Shown: in pieces, positions 1 through 11,239 of the stretch | Layout: each line of letters begins with the position of its first letter | Position numbering within the stretch: the first letter of the stretch is position 1 | NCBI RefSeq assembly: GCF_006345805.1 | Contig: NW_021832533.1 | Span: 227,663 to 291,662 of the forward strand | DNA length: 64,000 nucleotides | DNA from: Octopus sinensis | Taxonomy: Eukaryota | Direction of reading: 5' to 3' | Translations under genes and position numbers: made by a program | Notes under the pieces: generated by a model | Database searches by the model: none | Seen by the model: only the letters and a program-made list of their open reading frames with translations | What the model was told of the DNA's origin: nothing

Positions 1-845
1 GTGTCCTTAAGATTTAAATGTTTATAGGATTCATAAACCGAAACTTTGTCAGTTTCCAAAATTTTAGTGAGATAAAATAATTGGTGCCTATTAAAGTGCA
101 CTTTAAATGTTTTGATAATTCCCAAGTCCATTGGTTGAATTATTCTTGTTGCATTTTTAGGAAAGAACATAATTTTTATATTTTCAAGATGACAAGATAT
201 ACAATGAGAAGTACAATTACCGATCAAAATCAAAATTGACTTTTTTCCTTCGTCAAAAAGTTGTCAAAATTAATCAGCCATTTACTAAAAATTGGCCCGT
301 CATCCAAGCCCTTTTTGAACTGTAATATGAAACAGAGCATTGATAGTCGTAATTTTTGAAACATCTTGGCATCTTTGAGTTTCTAATTAAAACAGGCTTT
401 AGTTTGTTATTATTTGCACACAACATTACAGATACCCGATCCTTAAAATCTTTATATCGTCCAAACTGAGTCTTGCAAATACTTTTAGGTGGAATTAGTT
501 TGTAGAAAATCCCTGTTTCATCAAGGTTATAAATTTCATCGAGAGTATAGGACTTGGATAAATTTTGAAATTCATTTAAAAATCCTTCGATGTTAACTTT
601 TTTTATCCGTTTTCATCTGCCCGTGCAATTTTCTCAGACGGAATTCATGCCTTTTTTAACTTGAACAAGAACTTTTTAAAAATGTATTATTTATCCATAT
701 TTTTTTATTTTTTATCTAAAAATTTTAAAAAATTGTGGCGAATTTTAGAATTGGCGAATTTCCATTGAAACTAGAATTTTTTTTTAAAAAAGGCGAATCT
801 AAGAATTGGCGAATCTAAGAATGGCGAATTTTGGGGTATTCACTG
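1..845 (-). mobile_element. pogo/Tigger-like DNA transposon remnant, running off the window start
   Basis: Minus strand reads DEIYNLDETGIFYK near 505-545 (pogo DDE_1 motif). Terminus TA|CAGTGAATACCCC at 845 with short TTCGCCA subterminal repeats. Many stops. Confidence 0.7.
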
Positions 846-1089
846 TATATATAAAAACACGCTAATTGGACCAACTATACCATTTACAAGTCAATTTTGC
901 AGCCTAGAACATCATTTTTGCAATCTGGAAATTAAATTTTCAGTCAAGAATGTCAATTTTGCATGTAAGAAATCCGGTTTGCGGTTAGGAAAATCATTTT
1001 TGCAAATAGTAAATGAATCAAGAAATTAAATTTGCGGTCATGAAAACCAATTTTGCAAGTGAGAAATTCTATTTTGCAAGAAATTTTTA

Positions 1090-2029
1090 TTACAAAAAAG
1101 ATTTGTCAGTTAAATCTTCACATCGAATAACTGAGGGATAATATCTCTCCACATGATTCAAGAATTCCATTAACTTTTGTGGAGTTAATACTTCTTTTGC
1201 CTCAATTGTAATCCTTTCCAAGATTCTCATTCTGAATTCGGTTATTGACAGTCCCTCTGCAGTTTTTTTATAATTTATAATTATATCCATATTTCACGAA
1301 TTCTTTTCTTTACTTCAGCTTTGAATGAACTCCAAGCAAGTTCTATTTGGTTGATTAAATAAGAATATGGCGCTAGTCTTAATAATTCACTTTTTTCTCC
1401 TGAATTTATTACAGACTCAAGTTGACTGTGAATAGGAGCATTATCAATTACGAATGTTGGATGTGTAGCTCCTGATTCATCACATTCATTAATAAGTTGC
1501 TTAAACCATGTTTTACAGGACTCCCCTGTATATGAGCCTCTTCTGCACTTAAAATTATATATTTGTGACGATGACATTACAGCTATACAATGTAAATTTG
1601 ATCCTCTGCTACTAGGTGCAAGAACAATAGACCGACATCCAATTTTTGAACGTCCTTCTTTACAACGACAAAATAAATTAAAATTTGACTCATCTATCCA
1701 AATTATAGTTCTTCCTTTAGATCTCGCATTCAAAAGACGTGTTAAATACTCCATTCTTTTTATTTTATTTTCCTCTGTATTCGTGTTAATTGTGATTGGC
1801 TGAATTGATTTCAATGAAATTAATTGTCCATCAAGCCAAAGACCTCTTTCTTTCACTCCCAAAGACCTGCATAAAGAGCGCCAATCTCCATCTCTATGTG
1901 TGTGTCTATGATCAATTTCCGCTTTTCCATTGAATATTTTCCGTAATGTCCTCTTCCTTGTCTGTTTATGCAAATGTCTTCTGTACCATTTTCTTGTGAA
2001 TTTTCGGAGGCTTCTCGATTTTGTGCCAT
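1090..2029 (-). pseudogene. IS630/Tc1-type DDE transposase, frameshifted
   Basis: ORF 1281..1973 has IWIDESNFN, IDNAPIH and LAPYSYLINQIELAWS. N- and C-terminal parts lie in other frames (1853..2074, 1090..1290). Confidence 0.8.
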
Positions 2030-2066
2030 TTTTAATTTAATTTTAAACGTAAAAATACTTGATATA

Positions 2067-3506
2067 CACTCCATGTAATAAAAAACCGGATTTTCAAGTT
2101 TGCATGTTTTTACTAGTATTTTTTTAAATGTATATCAATTTTTAAATTACTTTTCAGCAATCGTTTGTTGTATCTTTTTACTATTTTTAAAATTATAATG
2201 TATATTTGAATAATTGATCTTGATAAAATCTTAGCGTGTATTAAAAAACCGGATTTTTTTGATTAGTCTGTTGCTAAGCCAATTTTTAGGTATTTGAAAA
2301 AAATGCTTGATAAAATCACTAAAGGAAAGATTCTAGCTCTCATTCAATTAAATTGGACACAAAAGAAGATTGTTGAGGAGCTGAATATTCCAACTTCGAT
2401 TCTCAATGATTTTCTGAATAAGTTAAATAAAAAAGGGACTGTTGATCGTATACCTGATTCTGGAAGACCCAAAAAGCTCTCTAACTCAGATATTTGTAAA
2501 CTTGTCAACATTGTGAAAGAAAATCCAAAAAAAACACTGGCCAACCTGAAAGAAGAAGTCTTTGATTTTACAGGAAAAGTTGTCTGCAAAAAACAATAAG
2601 CAATTATCTACATGAAAATCATTACAAAGCATGTGTGTGTAAAAGAAAACCTTTTTTATCAAAAAAAATAGTGAAAAACAATACGAGCTTTCAATAATCT
2701 TTCTGCAATAAGCAATGAAACGTGGAGAACTGTTATATAGAGTGACGAGGCTTCCTTTGAAATTTTTTCATCTAAAAAAAGAACATTTTGCTTTAGAAAA
2801 AAAATAAAGCCTTAAATTATGCCCATTTAACGCCAACTTTGAAGTTTGGTGGTGGAAGAATTATGGTATGGGGTTGTATTCTATAGGAAAGGGGAGGGAA
2901 TGGTTATAGTAATGAAAAAATAAATTCTGCTGTATATATCAACATTTTAATAAATAATTTGTGGAAATCGCAGATAAAATGGGCTAAATCGTTTTATTTT
3001 CCAACAAGATTTCGCCCCCTGTCATAATTCCAGAGAACAAAACAATTTTTGGATGAGAAAAAAATTGAATTATTAAATTGGGCACCGCAATCACCAGATT
3101 TGAACCCAATTGAACATGTGTGGAGCTACATAAAGGAAGAATTGAGTAAAAAAATGCTGATAGTAGTAAAAAGGATTTATGCAAAAATATTATAAAAATT
3201 TGGGACGAAATACCAATGGAATTAGTGAGAAAATTAACTGAAAACATGGCAAGAAGAAGCATTGAGCTTTATAAGGCACATGGAGGACACATTAATAATT
3301 AATCATTTGACTTTTTGTCTAATCCGGTTTTTTTTTACACAGAAAAAATTTAATATAGTCAGTTTAGCTGTACAAAAAGATTATTGAAAAATTATAAAAA
3401 GAAAGTTACGAAGATTATCATTATAAATTAAATAAAAGTCTAAAATTAAAAACAGAATATCAAAAAAATTAAGCATTCGAAAATCCGGTTTTTATTACAT
3501 GGGGTG
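2067..3506 (+). mobile_element. Tc1 element nested in the 873-3791 transposon; transposase disrupted
   Basis: TIRs CACTCCATGTAATAAAAAACCGGATTTTC and GAAAATCCGGTTTTTATTACATGGGGTG, each flanked by TA. HTH with SGRPKK (2294..2599), then DEASF, QQDFAPCH and QSPDLNPIEHVW in shifted frames. Confidence 0.9.
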
Positions 3507-3799
3507 TATATTGTTTAAACGCATTAATGTTGCGTCAAGGTTATACAAAATGAATTTGCAAAATTAAATTTCCTACTTGCTAAATTAATATTCCTACTAG
3601 CAAAATTGATTTTCCTACCCGCAAATTAAATTTCCCACTTGCAAAACCGATTTTCATGACCGCAAATTAATTTTCTTGATTGCAAAATTGACTTTCTTAA
3701 CCGCAAAAATCATTTCTTACTTGCAGAAATGAGTTTACTGACCGCAAATTAAATTTCGTACATGCAAAATAGAGTTGTAAATGGTATAGTTAAAGGCAT

Positions 3800-4420
3800 A
3801 GATCACACTCTTGTTAGGTGGTCATTAACTGGCTAGCAAAGATAGGTTACCCTGATTGTGGGTTTCTTCTTGTGACTAAGAGTTTCCAAAGAGAAAGACC
3901 CAATTCATCCGAGAACATTAAACGCTGTGGAACATACTAAATGACCATGGTTTATTTTACAGGTCCACTCTTTGACTTTGCCGACACTCAGTAGACTTGG
4001 TTTCCTGGGGTTGTCATGTTGAGTAATATGACAGATTGATGTGTTTGAGGGAGTGTGTGGACAATATGTTCCCCCCAATTGAGTACAACAGAAGTAGGGT
4101 CAATTAATTCCCTTGGTTAAGCGCAACAAATCGCAGTTCTTCTTTGGTTAGGTGACCACTATCTCACAATGTAAGGTAGATTAGTGACCTTTATTTGTGC
4201 CTTTTCGCAAGCCATGTTTTACTGGTGTAAACGTATTTCACTACATTAAGCAAAGAGTTTAGAGCTTAATTTAGTCAGCAATGCCAATTTGGCAGAGATA
4301 GCGACAGATAATCGACTTTATTGCACACTAAAAAGAAAAAAGGCGACTCAGTGCCTCCTTGTAGTCCTCCAACTGACACTTTCTGTCGTGGACTCTGAAA
4401 TAGCCAGACTATGACTCGAT
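3800..4420 (+). other. Possible fragment of an intron-rich host gene, product unknown
   Basis: Higher GC and several 23-36 nt GT..AG segments separating short open stretches (e.g. LMCLRECVDNMFPPIEYNRSR). No family recognised. Confidence 0.3.
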
Positions 4421-4918
4421 GATGATAGACTGCGCTGTAAGGAACGGAAATAGCCAGTCTAGATCACGCTTTATTGCATACGACGTCCAGCACGAAACTA
4501 AAAATTCTAGTTTACGACAAATATAAGCTCCTTTTCTGTGATCAATTGACAATATTGATATATTTTCTGTCAATGAACGACTGATGATTAGTGAAAAATG
4601 CAGTATCTAATGATTTGTTGGAGGTTCTCGTAGATACTACAATAAATAGTTAAGTTTGATCGGAAACACGAATGAGTAATTATTGAAAAAAGTTATAGGC
4701 TGGAAGATGTATTAGTGCAATGTACTTTTCACCGAATTATTATTGCATAACCTCACAAATTTTCTTATTTACAGATATCTTATGAATAACTAGCTCAGCA
4801 GTTCGCTTCGCTCACTGCGAGCTAGCTCCTGCGGAGGCCCTGCTCGCTACGCTCGCAGTTTCCTTAAATAACTATAAATTTATGTAGATATATAAATGCG
4901 ACCTGCTTTGATATAACC

Positions 4919-7900
4919 TTATTCTAAGGCCTGTGGATAAACGATGTTTGCAGTCCGTCCATCCTTGGCAAATATAAATAAATTTTCTCTTCTACCTACC
5001 CTTGAGCACCCCACATACAGCTGGCCATGTGAAAAGCACTCGTTCTCTAAAAATAAGCCTACTACCTTTAAAGACTGTCCCTGGGCCTTGTTTATTGTCA
5101 TAGCAAAACTTATCTTCAGCGGAAATTGTAGTCTCTTAAATCTAAAAGGTAATTCTTCCGAAATCAGAGGTATTCGTGGGATATAAACATCCTCACCTCT
5201 GTAATTACCTGTTAATATTGTCGCTTCTATTACGTTAGCCATCAAATTCTTGATAACCAACCTTGTACCATTGCATAATTTAGGTGGCGCAAGATTGCGG
5301 AGTAACACAACCGGTACACCTATTTTTAATTTCAATAGATGATTCGGCATTCCAGATGGATCTAAGGAATTTAAAAATTCTACAGGATATTCGCAGGCCC
5401 TTTCATGGTCCATAATAACGTCGACCGATTTATATATTCTTTCTCTGCCAGGGATTTTCATTAATAAATCTAAATTTATATTAAGTACCTCATCATTAAG
5501 TGGAGCTAATATAGCTCGTTCACGCAGCCAGTCGAAATTCACGTAGTGTTCAGATAGTTCGGAATAGACGGCATTCAATAATTCTTCTGCTGTTTCTACG
5601 AAAATACATAATTCTTCCGGTAGCCTAATTTTCTGGTCTTGCATTTCTGAAGTGATTGCCCCATTTCCAATATCTAGAAGGATTTGTGGGAATATGCTAT
5701 TAACGCCTTGTAAATGTGCACGTACATTTACATCTAAGCTTACCTTTTTCACGTGTGTCCACAAATATGACGATTTGAGGCAGGCATTCAATTCATCCGC
5801 AGGCGTCCCTCTTTGAATAATTGGCAGCGTCTGTCTAAAATCACCTGCCAATACAACTATTGCTCCCCCAAATAAATGGTCGCTACAATTCTTGATATCT
5901 CTATATGTTCGATCAACTGCTTCGAATGCGCCTTTATGAGCCATCGTACATTCATCCCAAACAATTAACCTAGAATGCATAATTCTATTACCCGTAGTTG
6001 AATTTTTTTTACATTACAAACCGGTTCAGTAGTATATGAGAGATTCAACGGAATGTTGAATGTCGAATGTGCGGTTCGACCGCCATCTAAAAGAGTTGCA
6101 GCAATTCCAGAAGATGCAACTGCTAAAGCTAGTTTATTTTCGCTTCTGACCTTAGCTAATAATAGATTTAGAAGATAGGTCTTACCTGTTCCACCCGGTG
6201 CATCAATAAAAATGATAGAACCGTTTTCTTCTTGGATGACTCGATTAATTTCTCTGTATACCTCCAACTGGCCAGTGGTTAAGCTTTGTCTCTTTCTTCC
6301 ACTATTGTTCGAAGTTCTTCTAAATTATAATGCTCATCAAATGAATTAATATTATGAATATCGCTGATTATAAAACCAAATTCACCTATACTCTTACCAA
6401 CGATAGATATTAGCAATCTATCTATCATGATTAATCCAATGTTGAAAATCTCTGCATCGAAACTCAATCTATTCTTCTCTCTTAATATATCTTCACACAT
6501 GCTTTCTCGGTGACCTTCCCACAGTTGTTGTGGATTTGCTAACCCACAATGGGCTAGCATCAAAGTAAATAAATACCTTAGTCGCGATGGGGAATCTGCA
6601 AGTTCAGCTTCTGTTAAAGTCTGATTCCAGTGATTATCATCCTCTAAAAGACCTAATTTAAAACAGGCTTCTCTGTATGTTTCGCAGAGTACTCCATCTA
6701 CAGTCCGTAGATCAGTGAAAGATTCTGGCCCTCGTACGGTGTGCAAAAGTAACCTAACACAATAACATTCAAAATTATTTGGATGCACTGTATATACTCT
6801 ACCCAATGCATCTGCACTTACAATTCCTGAATGTCCATTTACTGGATTTCCTCTTATCCTTCTCTTAAATCTCTTCCCCGCGACATCCCATGTATAATAT
6901 CTAGGAACATCAACATAATATATAGTCTTTGCAAATTGATCTGTACGACATAATTCGAAGAATGCCATCAGAGTTGAATTTCTTGCATTTGTAACTTGAT
7001 TGCGTGCATTCTGCTCTGTGAAATAAATTCTTTGCCCATTTTCCAGGTGAACCCCTAAATGCATAACCAATGGATATCTTTCATGAATCGGATATCCAAA
7101 AATTCTCCATGCTCCTTCATTACTGCAGATATAGCGTCCATGTTGATAAAAAGTTGGCTCATCACGTTGCTCTATTGAAAAGATTGCCTGATCTGACCCT
7201 TTATTAATGTACTTACATACATATTTAATTGATCTAATTGAATTACAAAATTCCACATTGATATGTGCATCAAAAATCTTACTTAATAGTGGATTATAAG
7301 GCACTATCCATCTGTTATCAACTGTTATTTCATTTTCTTTTCCTTCGTGGAGGGTTGCAGTATATCCTCCTTCAGCTGCTCCCCTTCTCTGGTAAAATGG
7401 AAATCCATTTTCACCTGTTTGCGTGTTAATTATTAAGTTTTTTGGGTACCCTTTAGAACACTTACCATCTTGCATACACGGTGATGATCTGTTATATATG
7501 CCACACGGACCATGTATCATATTTCTTTTGATGATCTCGTATAATTCTCTATCTTCATTTGGATTTGGCAATTCTGCCCGTATGCAATCGTCTATCTCTG
7601 TAGGCCTAATTTTAGTTACTAACCATACTAATATATGTATATGTGGTAACCTCTTTTTGCCACTCTACTGTATACATGTGGCATCTTGTCTTCCCAAAAA
7701 TCTGTCCCTTGCATAGAAGATCAATCATCTTATCGACTTTTTGTTTAAAAACACGTGCTATGATGTCTTGTCTATACTCGACCTTTTGTCCTACAAATAT
7801 GTTATCACTAATTTCTGGCCATTTCGGATTACACGTAAAAGTGATAAACAGATCCGGAGTTCCGTAATTTCTAACGTATGTCATAGCATCTTGAGTTCGC

Positions 7901-10233
7901 TCATGCATATATCTTGGTCCTCCCGTGAATGACGAAGGCAAAATAACCATTTGACCTACATTAGACACATTACCGTCATTCATTATGGCATCTCTTAGAT
8001 GTATATACTCTTCTGCTCTCAGTTTCCGCTGATTCAACCGAATGTAGAGAAGTCTCTCTGCCTCTATTTTCGCATACATATCTACAATAAACTGATTAAA
8101 TAACTGGCCTGTACGATGTAGAATGTTGAATTCCTGCTCTCTTTCATCAACCTATAAGAATAAAATTCCATACAACTGGTTTTTTAGTAGTAGTTAAACC
8201 AGTCGACGGATTAAAATGCATTACCTTAAAATTGTACCCATCCTCTCCTCTCGGAAATAATAATGGGTACTGAAGTGCATCATATGACCGATGTGTCTCT
8301 GAAATTCTCATTAATCCAGTGGATCTCTTGTTTATTATTATGTCTCTCGAGTCATAGTGTTGACCTACTATTAGAATTCCAACCTGGTTTGACGTTGGTG
8401 CGTTGTATCGACGGTTATGTTCATTTGCAGGTGTCCTATCTGCATGTATAATTACCTTACAATCTTCATCTGCTGTGGATCTCAGAACAGATCTAAAAGA
8501 TGAAATATACGTGTTGCACATTTGCAACATATTTTGCAACGAACTAATAATGTTGCCTCGTAGTCTTGAATCTGCTAGACATCTTCGGTTAGATTGTTCT
8601 TCGTGATTATCTATAAAGTAATTTGTAAAAAGTTAAAATCCTCGCCTTCACTTGGAAGGAGTGAACCCATCCTGTGATACACTTGCCCAAGTACCTTAAA
8701 TGTGGGCATATAGCCCGTCGGATTGAAATTTCCACTTGTACCAAAAGATGTCATCTGAAAAACATTATTGTACCTGCGAAATTATCAACGAAGTGCCTAG
8801 ATGATGGTGTATCATTCCTCAACAGTGTTAAAAGAGGCTCAGGAGGCGGGTCTAAAACTGGTAAACGTACCTTTCCGCGACTGCAGCACATTCCGATAGT
8901 TTCCCCTTAAATTTCATAGCTAAACAAAAAGTACATATCTCCGTTAAAGCACCTACATTACCTAAATTTCTATACTCAATGCCCCTATTATAATTAAATC
9001 CAGTGTTTTCTAACCAATAGAATTTGATACCCTACTATTCCTGCGTGAAACTCGTAGTCGATTTTCTGTCTGATGTTCATCCTGAGTTAGTTGGTTCCTC
9101 CTAACTGAATTTCTTCTTGTGTTCCGATCTCGTCGGCATTCCCTTTGTTGTTGTGACTCTTGTTCCCTACTAATAGCCGTTGCCATTCTATCTTGTTCTT
9201 GCCTATGTTCCCTCTGTTCTTGAGTCTCTTGTTCCCTACTAATAGCAGTTCCCATTCTATCTTGCTCTTGCCTATGTTCCCTTTGTTCTTTTGTCTCTTG
9301 TTCCCTACTAATAGCCGTTGCCATTCTATCTTGTTTTTGTCTATGTTCCCTTGTTGTTGTGACTCTTGTTCCCTACTAATAGCCGTTGCCATTCTATCTT
9401 GTTCTTGCCTATGTTCCCTCTGTTCTTGAGTCTCTTGTTCCCTACTAATAGCCGTTGCCATTCTATCTTGTTCTTGCCTATGTTCCCTCTGTTCTTGAGT
9501 CTCTTTTCCTACTAATAGCAGTTCCCATTCTATTTGCTCTTGCCTATGTTCCCTTTGTTCTTCTGTCTCTTGTTCCCTACTAATAGCCGTTGCCATTCTA
9601 TCTTGTTCTTGTCTATGTTCCCTCTGTTCTTGTGACTCTTGTTCCCTACTAATAGCCTTCCCCATTCTATCTTGTTCCTGCCTATGTTCCCTCTGTTCTT
9701 GTGACTCTTGTTCCCTACTAATAGCCTTCCCCTTCTATCTTGTTCTGCCTATGTTCCCTCTGTTCTTGTGACTCTTGTTCCCTACTAATAGCCTTCCCCA
9801 TTCTATCTTGTTCTTGTCTATGTTCCCTCTGTTCTTGTGACTCTTGTTCCCTAGTAATAGCCTTCCCCATTATATCTTGTTCTTTTCTGAAATTCCTCAT
9901 ATCATCGGTCTCTGCCTCCTTCTATATAGTTGCTCTTAATCTGTTGCATTCTTGTCGATGTTCCTTTTGATCTTGTGACTCGGCTGCCCTTTTCATAGCC
10001 ATGCGCAATCTATTCTTTTCTCGTCTAAAATTTGAGATCGAAAACGTCTCATTTGAACTATTTACTTTAATGTTAAATTTATTATCTAGACTAACACTCA
10101 TATCATCGAAACTATATCGTTTAAAATTATTATTTCCTACACTAACTTTTTTACGTTTCGTGCTACATAAATTATTTAAAACCTGTGTATTTTCCAAATA
10201 TTCTTTGTTTCTCAATAGGTAATCCGTTTCCAT
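4919..10233 (-). pseudogene. Helitron RepHel protein (HUH Rep plus PIF1-like SF1B helicase), split by frameshifts
   Basis: Motifs [70 protein letters not shown] and HGQLYVGCSRV across ORFs 4919-8539. Several breaks fall in homopolymer runs and may be sequencing errors. Confidence 0.93.
9140..9890 (-). repeat. 69-bp coding tandem repeat (23-aa unit MATAISREQETQEQREHRQEQDR, STPR-like), about 11 copies
   Basis: Visible in the DNA and in ORFs 9010..9324, 9087..9665 and 9718..9900, at the N-terminus of RepHel. Confidence 0.85.
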
Positions 10234-11239
10234 ACACTAAAAATAAATCTAATATTAATACCTCTTTACTGAAGTTATTTTCATCGAAACGGATCGATTG
10301 ATGATCTTCTGACAACTGATGAGTAATCTTATTTTCTCTGACAATACATAGCCTACACTACCTACATTTCCTGCACCTAGATTACCTACGCATGCACCTA
10401 CACTACCTACACTCCCTGCGCCCACATTTCCTGCATTTCCTACACCTATATTACCTATGCCCGCACCTACATTACTTACACTCCCCCCAAGCTCAGTTTG
10501 TTCGTTTGTTTTGGCATCCACGATATCTTCGGTGTGAAACTCTCCATATTCTGACTACCCACCATACTAATCTTATTTTTTACGCCACGCAGTAATACAT
10601 ATTGAACATTTAACGCTCTTAAGCCTTGTCTTATCTTAATTGCTATCTGAAGTGGTTGTCTAATCAAGGTCACTAAGCCTAATTTCCGTAAACTGTAAAG
10701 GGCTCTTAAGCCTTATCTTAATTGCTATCTGAAGTAATTTGTCTAATCAAGGTCACTAAGCTAAATTTCCGGAAACTGTAAAGGGCTCTTAAGCATTATC
10801 TTAATAGGCTGTTAAAAAATTGACAGGTTGTTAAAGATAAGTGAAAATAAGAATTAATCTAATTTTAATTCAAAGTAAATAATTTTTAAGTGAAAATAAG
10901 AATCAATTAAGAGATCCAGCTCGATCTGCGTGCTCGACGGGGCAGGGGTTAGAGCCCAGCAGTACGGTTGCTTCCGCGTTCCGCGCACGGTTTGTTGAAG
11001 TGTGCACACACGGCGGCAGACAAATTTTTAAAGTTTTTTTGTTATTTTCTTTTTTTATTTTAAAAAATTTTTTTTTTATTTTATGAATTTTTTTTTGTGT
11101 TTTTATTTTTTTATTTTTGGTTTTTATTGTGTGTTTTTATTTATCTAATAATAAAATGGTATGGTGTGTGTCTGTCTGTGTGTCTGTCTGTGTGTCTGTC
11201 TGTCTGTCTGTGTGTGCACACCAACTTCAAATTGGCAAT

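Larger units (their letters stand above)
873..3791 (-). mobile_element. IS630/Tc1-superfamily transposon with subterminal ~21-bp repeats
   Basis: TIR AACTATACCATTTACAA at 873 and its reverse complement ending at 3791. TTTTGCA-type repeats at 890-1090 and 3555-3770. Internal DDE transposase. Confidence 0.8.

Noticed and set aside
4919-8900. Programmed frameshifting in RepHel
   Set aside because: Breaks are numerous and often in homopolymers, consistent with decay or sequencing error.
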